Source of the DNA: Adineta vaga
Lineage: Eukaryota; Animalia; Rotifera
DNA: 64,000 nucleotides
NCBI GenBank assembly: GCA_021613535.1
Contig: CP075493.1
Location: 558,001-622,000, forward strand
Direction: 5' to 3'
This document shows positions 32,967-44,630 of the stretch, one piece after another (within the stretch, counting starts at the first letter, position 1; the number at the start of each line of letters is the position of its first letter). The notes below the pieces were generated by a model. It had not been told where the DNA came from and ran no database searches. It was given only the letters and a program-made list of their open reading frames with translations. Made by a program: the position numbers and the translations under genes.

Positions 32967-34049
32967 AAAACATATTTATAAATTATTTTTAAAACTAAAT
33001 TAAACATTTGATTTATTTGTAAAAATCAATAATTATTATTTGCTAATTCACTATGAAGAAATAATGAATTTTCTTTTTTTTTTGTTTTGATAAAGAATAA
33101 AATAAATACAAAGTCATCATTAGAAGTTCGTGTATATGATATATCACTTAGAATATATTCTACATAACAGGATAATGTAACAACATAGTGATATCGACTT
33201 ATAACTTGAAGATTATATTAATAATATGATCACCAATGTGTATTTATCCAAGTAAGCATTTCACCACTATGATATGACTTAATTTGACTCAAATAAATAT
33301 GTTAAATCAAAACACTACAAACGGTGTATAACAAACCTTTTAAACCAGTGTCACATTTTTTCCAACACGAATCTAAACACCAAACAAAAACACACTGAAT
33401 TAACTTAAGCTCTCGCCCCTCTCACAAAAACATTTTTCTTCCAGAACACTCAATCTTATTGAAATTTTTATTGAATATTTATCTATGACTATGTATAAAT
33501 CTCAAAATCGATATTTTTGTCGAAAATTCCTTTTGTTTTTAGGAGGCGCTCTTAACTCCCATATCGTTATGCTCCAATGAAACGAGAGATTATTAAACAA
33601 AATTTGAAAGAAATGAAAGAAGAAGAAGAAGAAGAAGCGATTATTAAACTATGTCGAAAAAGCCATGGATATCTCCAGTAATATTAGCACAAAAAATGAT
33701 GAATCGTCTAGAACATATTGATGATGTGATAATTTATTCTCCTATACATTTAGAGAGTATATTTAATAGATTTAGAAAAGAAGAAAATATGACATTAGAA
33801 ACTTTTAAATATTATATTTCAGATTTTCCTTAACGAAAACCAGTTAAAGGATCGACAATCTTTTCTTGGTTAATGTAAATATCATCGTTAATATAATTAA
33901 AAATACTTTTAATGATTACAGTAAAATAAAACAACATAAATACGTAAAAAACAATCAGAAAATTCATTAATATATTTCATGATGAGATAGTAAAAGGTGA
34001 TCAAATAAATATATTATCTTTTAAAAATGAAATAATTTATAGAACTTCA

Positions 34050-35956
34050 TTTATAAAGTATTTGTCAATGTATAAATTTCATTTATTGTTAATTCTCTTG
34101 AATAAACTTTGAATTCATCAATTTTTCCTTGATATTGATCTGGAACTATATGAGTATATGGATCATTACCCTATCTCAATAAATCTGAACAACCACCAAG
34201 AGATAACATATTAAATGAACCACTTGCTGTATATACATTACTTAAACTTGTTTGATTTACAAGTGTTCCATTAACATAAAGACGAAGACCATTCAAAATT
34301 GAAAAAGTTGTAACAACATGTGTCCAAGTATTTAATGGTAAAATAAATGAATTTAAAGTAATATAAAAAAAACTTGCTTCACTATTCCATGTTTGTGTTA
34401 TAAGACGATTATTTGAATCAAATCCAACCATTGGTAACCACCAATTATTAATAACAGAACGAACCTATAAATAGATTAAAAAGAATAATATTTTTCGTTT
34501 TTTTTTTTAAAAATAAATAATTCTACTTCAATAATTGTTCCATAATTTCTAAATGGATAAATTCAAATTGAAAAATGTATATGAATAATTTGATTGACCA
34601 TAAGAAAATAAAAAGATGAAATTTGAAATAAAGAATAAGTTGAATTAAGAAAAAGAGATTGATTAAATCGACCATTTAAATCAAATTGAATATTAATTCC
34701 ACTTCCATTTTGAATTTGATTTAAACTTGAATCATTTAATGAATTATCAAATTGATAATAAACAACAAGTGTTGCTTCATCAACAATTTCACTCAGATTT
34801 TTAATATAAGTAACAAAATTCATTTGATTAATTTGTCCAAATAAATTTAATGAATTTATTGTATTAGGTGAAACACCAATTAATATTTCATTTGAATTAC
34901 TTTGAAATATTTCTGATGAAAAAATAATTCCATCAAGTTTTCCATTAAGATAAAAAGTTTGTTTTAAAGATATTTGATCATAAATATATGTTATATGATA
35001 CCAAAGATTTGAAATTAAATTTGTATTTCCTGTTAAATTTGATTTTGATAATAAAGAAAATAATTTTCCATTTCGTATTGATATATAAAAACATTTTCCA
35101 AGAATTTCATTTTCACAATGTGTAAATAAACCAAATTCAGATGAATTTAATAGAATATTTGATGATAATTTAATCCATGTTGATAAAGTAAAACTTCGAT
35201 TAATTAAATTAAGAAAATAAAGAATAATAATATAAGTTTTATTAGTAAAATAAGCAGCTTTATTATAACCTGTATAATCTGGATATATCCATTGAATATT
35301 TCCATTCATTGATATTCCATTATAATTATTATATGTATCATTTAAATTTCCTTTTAATAACCATTGAATTATTTCATTTGTATTATCTAAAATAAAAAAA
35401 AACAAAAATATATTAAAATGAACATTTTAAATTTTACTTGAACAAATATTTTGAAATGAACATTGTAAATTGAAAAGATCATTTCTACATGAATCTTTTT
35501 GATAACATAATTGACCAAAATATTTTTGATTTTTACATTGATTTCCATTCCAAAATGAATGTAATGGACACATTGACAAGTTTCATTTAAACAAATTAAA
35601 TAACGATTTTGTTCACATTGAGAACATGTTTGATTATAATTAAGATAATTTAAAGAAGAATAATGAAGATAACCAACACGAGATGTTAATGATATTGATG
35701 AAATTATTAAACTTGTGATTAATTTCACCTTCCATTAAACGACAAATTAATCTTGATAAATCATAATCAAATGTTCGACAATAAATATTTTGATTACAAT
35801 CTAAAGAATAAAAGATATTTTATTAAAATCAAATTCTTTTTCTTTACTTTTAGCACAATGAATTAATGATTTAGAAAATATTGAATTGAAAATTAAAATT
35901 ATTTGTACAAGATCCAATTAAAAATAATATTAAGAATTCAATATTAAATATCATTT
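34050..35956 (-). pseudogene. Frameshifted gene for a secreted Cys-rich protein with two LamG/concanavalin-A-like domains
   Basis: LamG motifs SFTLSTWIK, NLWYHITYIYD, FYLNGKLD, NTWTHVVTTFS, LRLYVNG, KIDEFKVYSREL. N-terminal Cys modules CRTFDYD and CLNETCQC..WNGNQC. Joining the segments needs several frameshifts (near 35880, 35720, 35570, 34600, 34190). Confidence 0.7.
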
Positions 35957-36481
35957 GATTTATTTATTGAAAAAATATTCAACAAGAAATATGATTTTCT
36001 ATAAGAAAGATAAAATTCAAAATGAATTTATACTTAAACGAGTTGAAAGATGTTTTTTCTCTTCTTCTTCTTTTTATCATAATTGAATGACAAGTGTTCT
36101 TCAAAGATTTTATCTTATTTTTACAGTTTTATTTAAATATCAATGACAATGAAAGAAGCTCGTATTTTGTAAACAAATTTTATGATAACAATACAAAACT
36201 CATGAGAAAAAAGATCTCCAACTATCAAATTACTTTAAAGAGTTCAAGACACTAAGTTTATTAAACTGTTGAGAGATAACATTTTTATGATAATTTCAAA
36301 TAAATACAGTTCCGTTTTTGACTTGAAACTTTGTACAGAAATAGACTTCGATGAAAGTATTTTAATGTTCTTATTTCAAAACAGGAACAATCAAAAGATC
36401 TACAACTTTCTTCAAGTCAAAATTCGAAAAATATGGCAAAAAATGCGGTATCTTTCAACAGTGTAATAAGTTAGCGACTCG

Positions 36482-37120
36482 AACTCTTTACAACTATATT
36501 CGATTGAGCTGAAACTTTGTGCACATAATTGTCTCATCTATATCTCGGTCGAGTTCGAAGATGAGAATGATCTCTCCAGAAGTGACTGAGTTATCGAAAA
36601 AAATTATCATTATTGCCCAGACCATCCCTGAGGGGAGATATAGGGTTTTTTGAAAAATTATTTAAAACATATATGAATCGACTCAGTTTTTAACGCTGAT
36701 TCCGAATCTGATATTGTTCTTTAGTCAAATCGTAGTTTTCTATAATGTAAAAATGCGCAAAAAGTGTATTTTAACATCAAATTGTCTAGATACGTCTTAG
36801 ATGACCTGTAGTTTGAGAGTTTCCCAAATGCTTGGTTTTGTAGCTAGTCAGAAGGACTATCAAAAGGAAAAAAATTGATCTTCATACCTATTGATATTGA
36901 TGATTTATTATGAAAATGCTGATATGTGTATCTATCATAGATCTTTTCTAGATTTATCAGGTTGCATATGATCGTTATTCCGATAGATTCAAAAATAAGT
37001 CATCAAAAAGTTTCTCATGGTAATTTTAATGCGTAGACATTCTAGAATGGTCCATCTCTCTCATACACTTTTTGCAGTGCACATAACTCTCGGATAAAAT
37101 TCGAAGTTTCAGCATTTATT
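36482..37120 (+). mobile_element. Non-autonomous interspersed repeat, copy 1
   Basis: Colinear with 42822-43531. Shared blocks include aactct..acaactatattcgatt.agctgaaactttgtgca, ttaaaacatata.gaatcgactcagtttttaa and ctctcatacactttttgca. It ends in a 3' hairpin followed by gcatttattt. Confidence 0.8.
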
Positions 37121-37157
37121 TTCTTCTTAGATTTATTAAAAATGTCAAACTATATGT

Positions 37158-39639
37158 TCAAGATCGAGCATCATTATGTTTAATAAATCGAAGTAAAATA
37201 TAAGCAGAAATTCTAAATAAAATAAAAATACTAAAAAGAACAATAAAATTAAGGCCAACACTAAGATCAACATTAAAATATTGTAAAGCTTGATGATTAT
37301 TAAATGTTCCATTGAAATTATTTTTACATAAATCAATATATTTTCCATTAACACATTGATATGAATGTTCACTCATAAATAATAATCTAATACATGCATC
37401 AAATGCATATTTATAAAATGAAATCCATTTTATCCAAACTTTTAACCAAAATGGAATATTTTCAATAAAATAACCTCCAGTTAATAAAGATCCAATTAAG
37501 AAAACATTACCTGTCACCCATGCTTCACCTACATTTCGAAATAAAGCTCCAAGTAAAACTCCAAATGATTCAGCAATAAGAACAATTAAAAGTAGAAATG
37601 CTAAAATACCAAGAAAAATAGTAAAAGTTGGATTTACATTTGCCATCCAATAAGCAATTGTAAATGAAATAGTTGGTAAAACAAGTTTAAGTGGACTTTC
37701 CGATAAACATTTAGCTATATAATAAGCTGATAAACGAAATGATCCACTTGCTCGTTCTTTATTAATAACAATACGTTCACTTGGAATTGATAAAATTCCT
37801 TGAAAACAAATTTCCATTGGCCAAAATATCATCATAAAGAAAAGAAATGAAGAACGATCTCTTAAAGTATCTTCTTTTAATTCCATACGTAACCATAAAA
37901 GACCATATAAAATAGACATACATAATGCTTGAATATAATTTAATTTATTAAATTGTGTTTTACGTGTTAATAACCAATTACGTGAAAAAAGTATTAATGT
38001 TTGTTTAATAAAACCAATTGGCCATTTATTTTGATTATTTTCTATATTTAATTGAATATTATTTTCATTGATTAAATCAATATCATTTTCATTTGGTTCA
38101 TTAATTAAATATTTTTGAATTTCAATTAAATCTAATCGATTTTTATTTTCAATATAAGCTTCTTTAACTTGTTCACGAATATTCATATCTTGATTAACAA
38201 GATCCATTAGAAAATCAGCTGGATTATATTGTAAAGGAGATTGATAACCAATTATTGAAAAATAATTCAAAGCATTTTCTGGTTTACCCTTAAAAAAAAG
38301 AAAAATTGATTATAAAATCTTTTTTTAGAATAGATTTGTCTACAATTCGATTTCGAATATAAATGATCATTTTCAAAAAGTGCTCCTAGTCATTATTTTT
38401 TATGAATAAACATTTAGAATTTGTTGCTCATAAATCTCATTTGTAAGTATAGAGTCAGTGGCGTAGCTAGGATTCTCAGATAAATGGACAAAAATGATTC
38501 ATTTTGACAATAACATTGGAACAGAAGGAGCAAAGTTTTTGTCGATGGGTAAAAAGTTTTTACTTGACAAACATTGGTGCACCTAGGCAATTGCCTATTT
38601 GTTCTTCCCTTGGCTACGCCACTGAGTAGAATCATATATGTACAGAATTTTGAATTATAATAATGAATATTAACCAAAATAAATCTATTTCTATTCTACG
38701 GGAAAAACTCTAGATGAAATTTCATGATTTATATTCGAATTCGCATTAGAGAACTGGGATGTGTTTTTACCATAAAAATAGTTTTTCCATCAGCTAATAA
38801 AATCAATTGATCAAATGAATGAAAAATTTGTGATGATGGTTGATGAATTGATGTTATAATTGTTTTACCTTTTAAAGTTAATTCACGAAGAACAGAAATA
38901 AGAAGTACAGCTGATGTACTATCTAATCCTGATGTTGGTTCTAAAAGTATTATTTTTATTAAAATAAAAATAAAATTTTTTCAAAAATAATTAATTTACC
39001 ATCAAGAAATAAAACACTTGGATTTGTTAATAATTCAGTACCAATATTAACACGTTTCTTTTCTCCACCTGAAATAAGTTTAATTGGAATATTTGAACAT
39101 TTTTCTAAACGTAATTGTTGAATAATTTGTTCAACTTGAATTAATTTATCTTTTTTAGATAAATTCTTAGGTAATCGAAGTAAAGCTGTATAAATAAATT
39201 GTTGTTTAACTGTAAGTTCTTCGAAGAAAATATCTTCTTGTAAAACATAACCAAATATTCTTTTCATATTTTTTTCATAAATTTGTTTATTAATCCAAAT
39301 CTTTCCAGTAACACCATCTAATTTTCTTCCAGCTAAAACATTAAGTAATGTTGTTTTACCTGATCCTGATGGTCCCATAAGAGCAACAATTTCTCCTGAA
39401 TGAAGTTGACCGGATATATGATCAAGTAATATTCGTTTAATTGTTTTTTCTTTTGATTTTGGATCAATCATTTTACCTGGAATATCAATACTTTTACAAA
39501 TATTAACAAATGTTATTGTTATTCGTGGAGATAAATCATTTAGAATACGATCACCAGTTATTGACATTCGATTTTCTTTAGATTTAGAAATTGTTTCTAA
39601 ATCTTCTTCAATCATTGTAACATTAACATGACACGTCAT
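37158..39639 (-). CDS. ABCG half-transporter (white/ABCG14-22-like); 3 exons
   Basis: Exons 39639-39000, 38940-38771, 38288-37158. Walker A GPSGSGKTT, ISGGEKKRV, LFLD|EPTSGLDS, SIHQPSS, NPADFL and ABC2 membrane domain KERASGSFRLSAYY. Confidence 0.94.
38456..38624. mobile_element. 169-bp MITE with CAGTGGCGTAGC terminal inverted repeats (hAT-like) in ABCG intron 2
   Basis: Perfect 12-bp TIR, cagtggcgtagc...gctacgccactg, that extends imperfectly. The 8-bp flanks tatagagt and agtagaat match at 5 of 8 positions. Confidence 0.85.
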
Positions 39640-39926
39640 ATTTGAAATATAATATATTTTGAATATAATATTTCTTTGAAAACATGTTGTATTTATATTA
39701 TATTGATCGTATGCTTTAAGCATATTGTCTAGGTAAGGTCAAATATTAACTTGTGCTTTGTGCACATTCTTTATACCTATTTCATATGCTTTGCGCATAT
39801 AATTAAATATTATATTATATTCTTTATTTTACCTTCAGATCGCACATGTATCAATTGACGTCAGAATAAAATAAACGATTTGTTTGTTTTTTTTTTTATC
39901 CATAAAAATATTTTCTTTTTTTCTAA
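39640..39926. promoter_or_regulatory. Probable bidirectional promoter between ABCG and the nuclear receptor, with an AGGTCA half-site and a CRE palindrome
   Basis: 287 bp between divergent ATGs. AGGTAAGGTCA at 39731-39741 and TGACGTCA at 39856-39863. Function is inferred only. Confidence 0.45.
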
Positions 39927-41224
39927 ATGAATAATAAGAATAAAAAGGTATTTTATTTGATTAAATAATTTATATTTAATAATGAAATTTCTCGTTTTCT
40001 TTTTTAGGAAATTATTCGAGAAGTAAAACGACCACGACGTAATGATTTGTTATGCGTTGTTTGTCAAGGATCTGCTTCTTGTCATAATTTTGGTCAAATT
40101 TCATGTCATTCTTGTAAAGGTATTAAGAAATTCAATTGATTTATTTTATTTTTATTTTTTTAGAATTTTTTCGTCGAAATGCTTTTTTATCATTGGTAAA
40201 AAATAAATTTTTTTTTCAAAAAAAAAATAAAAAAAAAATAATATTTTAGGAAAAACTTCAATGTATAAAAAAGAAAAATAGTTGTGAAATTCGTTTTGAT
40301 TTAAAATCTAAATGTCAACGTTGTCGTTTAATAAAATGTTTTCAATCAGGAATGTCAACAGATCATTTATTAACTTATCAAAAGAAAATTTATAAACAAA
40401 AACGTATTGAAGAAAATCGTTTAATGAAAATAAATTCAATAAGAAATAATTTATCTATTTTAAATGATAATGATCAAATTTGTTTAACAAATATTTCAAA
40501 TAATTATCAATTATCAATTGATTCAATTTTATCAGCATCATCAATGATTTCATTTGATTCAACAATAATTGAAAGATTATCATTAAAAACTTTAACTGAT
40601 ATAGATAAATATGCAGCAATGAAATTAATTAATTTTATACGATTAATACCTGAATTTGATTTATTAAAAGAAGAAGATCGTATTATATTAGTTAAATCTA
40701 ATTTAATTTTATTACTTGTTTTACGTGAATTATTATTATTTGATTATAAAAAACAAATTATTTATGATGATAATATTAATATTACAAACCAATTTGAAAA
40801 AGATAAATTTGCTCATTGTTTTAAAAGTTTATGTATTTTATTTTATGGTTATGAAGAAATTGAATTTTATTTATCTAATTTATCTTTTATTATTAATATT
40901 ATTGATGATAATGATCCATTAATTATACAATTATTAATGATTATTTTATTATTTCAAAAAGGTATTTCAATTAATAATGAATATTTATGGTCATTAATAG
41001 ATGAAAAAACAATATTTCATATTCATTTTAAATATATTGAATTACTTTTTCGTTATTTAATTCATCGATATTCATTTTCTAAAGCTATTTTTAAAATATT
41101 AAATATAGTTCAAAGTATATTTAAAATTCAATTAAGTGCAAAACGTTATCAAGAAATAGTTCAAATGAAAAATGATAATCATTTAATAAATCCATTATTA
41201 AAATCACTTCTTGAAATTAAATAA
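39927..41224 (+). CDS. Nuclear hormone receptor, NR1 (HR96/NR1J-like); 4 exons
   Basis: Exons 39927-39947, 40008-40119, 40164-40195, 40250-41224. Zinc fingers CVVCQGSASCHNFGQISCHSCKEFFRRNA and KCQRCRLIKCFQSGM. LBD FIRLIPEFDLLKEEDRIILVK. AF-2-like PLLKSLL. Confidence 0.92.
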
Positions 41225-42173
41225 AAATATTGGTTTTTTTTTCTTTATTTTAATAAATTCATTTTTAAACTAATCTATTTAATTATTTTATTAATTAAGT
41301 TTTTATCTCTATAACAGAAAATATCGTCATTTATCTATTCAAACAAAAATGATTAAATTAAAATATTATTATTATATCTGATAATAAAAAATAGAAATGT
41401 CACATAGTTATATATCAAATGAGAGTACAACGACAAAGAGATGTAGAGAAATACTCTTATAGAGTTTATCATAAAGGTATGAGAATTTACAGAGGAAGAA
41501 ATATTCCAATGTTACAATGTATAATCTGATTTCTCTCATTGCATCTTAATCATTAGCGAATATAGTAAAGCACTTGGTTGATGTTCTGAAATTCGATATG
41601 TGTTTTCTTTTAGAAATATTGATTTAATTTGAGTATTATAATGAATTGAAATCAAATGATCGAGAATTTATCTAAATTATAGTAGAAATTTACTGTTAAT
41701 TTACAAAATATACACTTTAAATTTCATCAGAGAACCATGACTGAATATTAGCAAACAGAAACTCTCCAATCAAATTGTTAACTTTTCTTCTGTTTTTTTT
41801 TAGGAATGTTTATCATAGATAGATTATCCAATTTCATTGAATATAAAATAGATAAAATATAATCGAATATGATCAATGAAAAGTTTTGATACAACATTTG
41901 TTTATATATTTTTTAACGAAATCTTCAAATATATATTTGTTATTTATAATTACAGAGTTAATTTATTTGACAAAATAGAATTATGATATAACATTTATAT
42001 GAAGAAAAACGAATCTGTTCAAATTTATAATACTTTTTGTTCATAATCTTCTTTATTAGTTTCATATTTTATATTATTGTTTATTTTTTTCAATTTCTGC
42101 AAAAAGTGTCATTACAAATGATTTTAATGAAATAAATAAAAAGATGTGTCTTCAATTGAAAATTTCTGTCAAA

Positions 42174-42623
42174 TTATTTTGTTGAACTTTCACAAGCTCC
42201 ATATCCTGCCCATTTTGCAGAACAAAAACATCCCTGACCACATTGATTAACAGATGATGGATATCTACACATACCATTACATTGTTTTTCTATTGGTTTA
42301 ATTTCTTCACTATAAAAAAAACAAAAAAAAGAAAAAGAAATTTTCAAAGATAAAAAAAAACCTTGTTGCTGTATCACAATATCCATGACCAGCCCATTGT
42401 ACAATACAAGTACATTTTTCACCACAAGAATTTACTTCTGAACTATATTTACAAGATCCATTACATTTTTCATCAGATGTTTTAAACACAAAACTTTAAA
42501 TAGAAAAATAATAAAAAATAAAAAATAAATTTCATAGTATATAATCACTTACTTTGGTTTGGCTCTTATTATCAAACATAATTCAATCAATAGAAATAAA
42601 TAGTAGAAGAATATTTTATTCAT
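42174..42623 (-). CDS. Secreted peptide precursor with two tandem 6-Cys knottin-like domains; 3 exons
   Basis: Exons 42623-42553, 42493-42362, 42309-42174 splice in frame to MNKIFFYYLFLLIELCLIIRAKPNFVFKTSDEK-CNGSCKYSSEVNSCGEKCTCIVQWAGHGYC-DTATSEEIKPIEKQ-CNGMCRYPSSVNQCGQGCFCSAKWAGYGAC-ESSTK*. Confidence 0.88.
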
Positions 42624-42821
42624 TGTTTTTTTTCTTATTATTATCTCAAAGTATAAATGACGAATGTTTTCTTTTTATATCTTTAATCATCAGATGATTA
42701 GTTTCTCATCTGCAATCGATAAAATATTGATGTAACAGAATGATTTGGCAAAAAATCTAAAAAAAATGAGTACACTACTAGAATCCATCAGTGTGTTCGC
42801 TCGGTAGGCCGTTTACACGAT

Positions 42822-43531
42822 AACTCTTCACAACTATATTCGATTAAGCTGAAACTTTGTGCATAGAATTGTCTCATCAATATCTCAGTCGAATTCGAAG
42901 ATGAGATTGATCCGTCTAGAATTAGTTGAGTTATCGAAAGAAATGTCACTATTGACCAGACGATCCTTGAGGAGGAGGGCGAAACAGCGATTTCTTTATT
43001 AATTTCTTTTTCAAAATCATTTAAAACATATACGAATCGACTCAGTTTTTAAATCTGATTACAAATATAATCGTAGTTTTCTAACGAAAACTTGTCTAAA
43101 AATATCTCAAATATGGATAAACTGTATATTCCGATACTATAATGTACGTATATATGTCTCAGATAACTATAGTAGCTTCAACGTGTTCTAGATGCATAGT
43201 TTTCTAACAAGTAAAAAGTACTATCAAATGGCAAAAACCTAATGTCCATAGTTATTAACATTGGTAAACTATTATGAAAATTGTGATGTATGTATCTATC
43301 ATCATCATATATCTCTTATAGATTCATGAACTTGCTCACAACTATAATCCCATTAGATATAAATACAAAAATTCATTCAAAAACAAGTTATCATAAATCA
43401 TGCAGATCGAAAAGATTTCTCATAATAATTTTGATTTTCAGATATTTCACAATGGTTTATCTCTCTCTTTCTCATACACTTTTTGCATTACATGTAACTA
43501 TCGGATAAAATCCGAAGTTTCCGCATTTATT
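42822..43531 (+). mobile_element. Non-autonomous interspersed repeat, copy 2
   Basis: Same orientation as and colinear with 36482-37120. Perfect hairpin TCGGA-TAAAA-TCCGA at 43501-43515 near the 3' end. Confidence 0.8.
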
Positions 43532-43577
43532 TAATAAAAAATTCGAATCAGTTTCTGTTTAAAATTCATTTAATACT

Positions 43578-43937
43578 TTAACTATTGTTTGCATAAGCAC
43601 CTCCACCTTCACCGCAACAACAAAGAACAAGAAGAACTATACAAATAATTCCTCCAGTAATATTTCCAGTCGTAAAAGAAACAATAGCACCAATTAAAAA
43701 TCCAAGAAGAATAAGAAGAGCAAAACAAGCAATGCAACCAAGGCAAGCCGAATTCATGTCACCAGCACCACGAAGATTTGTTTCTGATTGTTCATTAGAT
43801 AAAGATGGATTATCTGGTATTGTAATTTGAACAGGTTCTTAATAGAAAGAAAAAAAGAAAAAAAAATGATTTAATTATTTGAAATAAAATTCACCTGTTG
43901 ATTTAATTGTATTTGTTAAATCAGTTATTGTAAATAT
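43578..43937 (-). CDS. Small two-TM Cys-rich membrane protein (last two exons; start not located)
   Basis: Spliced reading IFTITDLTNTIKST|EPVQITIP...SACLGCIACFALLILLGFLIGAIVFF..GGIICIVLLVLCCCGEGGGAYANNS* with a GT-AG intron near 43894-43839. Confidence 0.55.
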
Positions 43938-44630
43938 CTAAAGAAAAACAAGATTAGATGGGAGATCTCGTAGACTGACTACAAGATAAATCATGTTCGA
44001 GAATATTCTACGTATAAAATTAATATTGATCAAATTTATGAAATAATAAAATAGATAATGAATTTATTCGAATTAATATATTTAAAAATAATTAATAAAA
44101 AAGAAAATATTTTAATTGTATTTCTTGTTTTTCCATATGAACAATTTTGAATTGTTAAAGAAAGTATGAAATTAAAATGAATAATTCATTTCTTCAATAA
44201 CAATGAATTTATATATAATTTTAACATTCAAGGAAGAAAGTTCGCTTTCTCCAACATAATCTTTCTTTGTTTAAATAAATAAAAAGAATTTTTAAAAGAG
44301 AAAATACTTCCTTTCAATTATATCCAAGTTTTCAACAATTTTTTTTTTTTCATTTTTAAACTTTCAAATAAAACCGAAGATTCTCGAACTTATCCGTAGT
44401 GTTAAACTTGAAATTTAAATTCAATTAAAATCTTCAATTTTCGACGATATTTCGTGTTCCCAACGCTGCGATTTCATTAGAAAGAGGTTTTTTTCCAACC
44501 ACAACATATTTATGTCAACACCTGTTAATAGCTACCTTTTCTATACGCATTCTCAGCAACATCCTCAAGATGGTATATGCAAGAATAGATTTCAAATATA
44601 ATAATATTATTAAAATATGATATATTTAAT

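Noticed and set aside
33651-33833. 60-aa ORF MSKKPWISPVILAQK...
   Set aside because: No identifiable family and no complete gene model.
39640-39723. ORF-track start of ABCG at 39723
   Set aside because: The extra 28 codons look like AT-rich non-coding sequence, so ATG 39639 is preferred. Not certain without transcript data.
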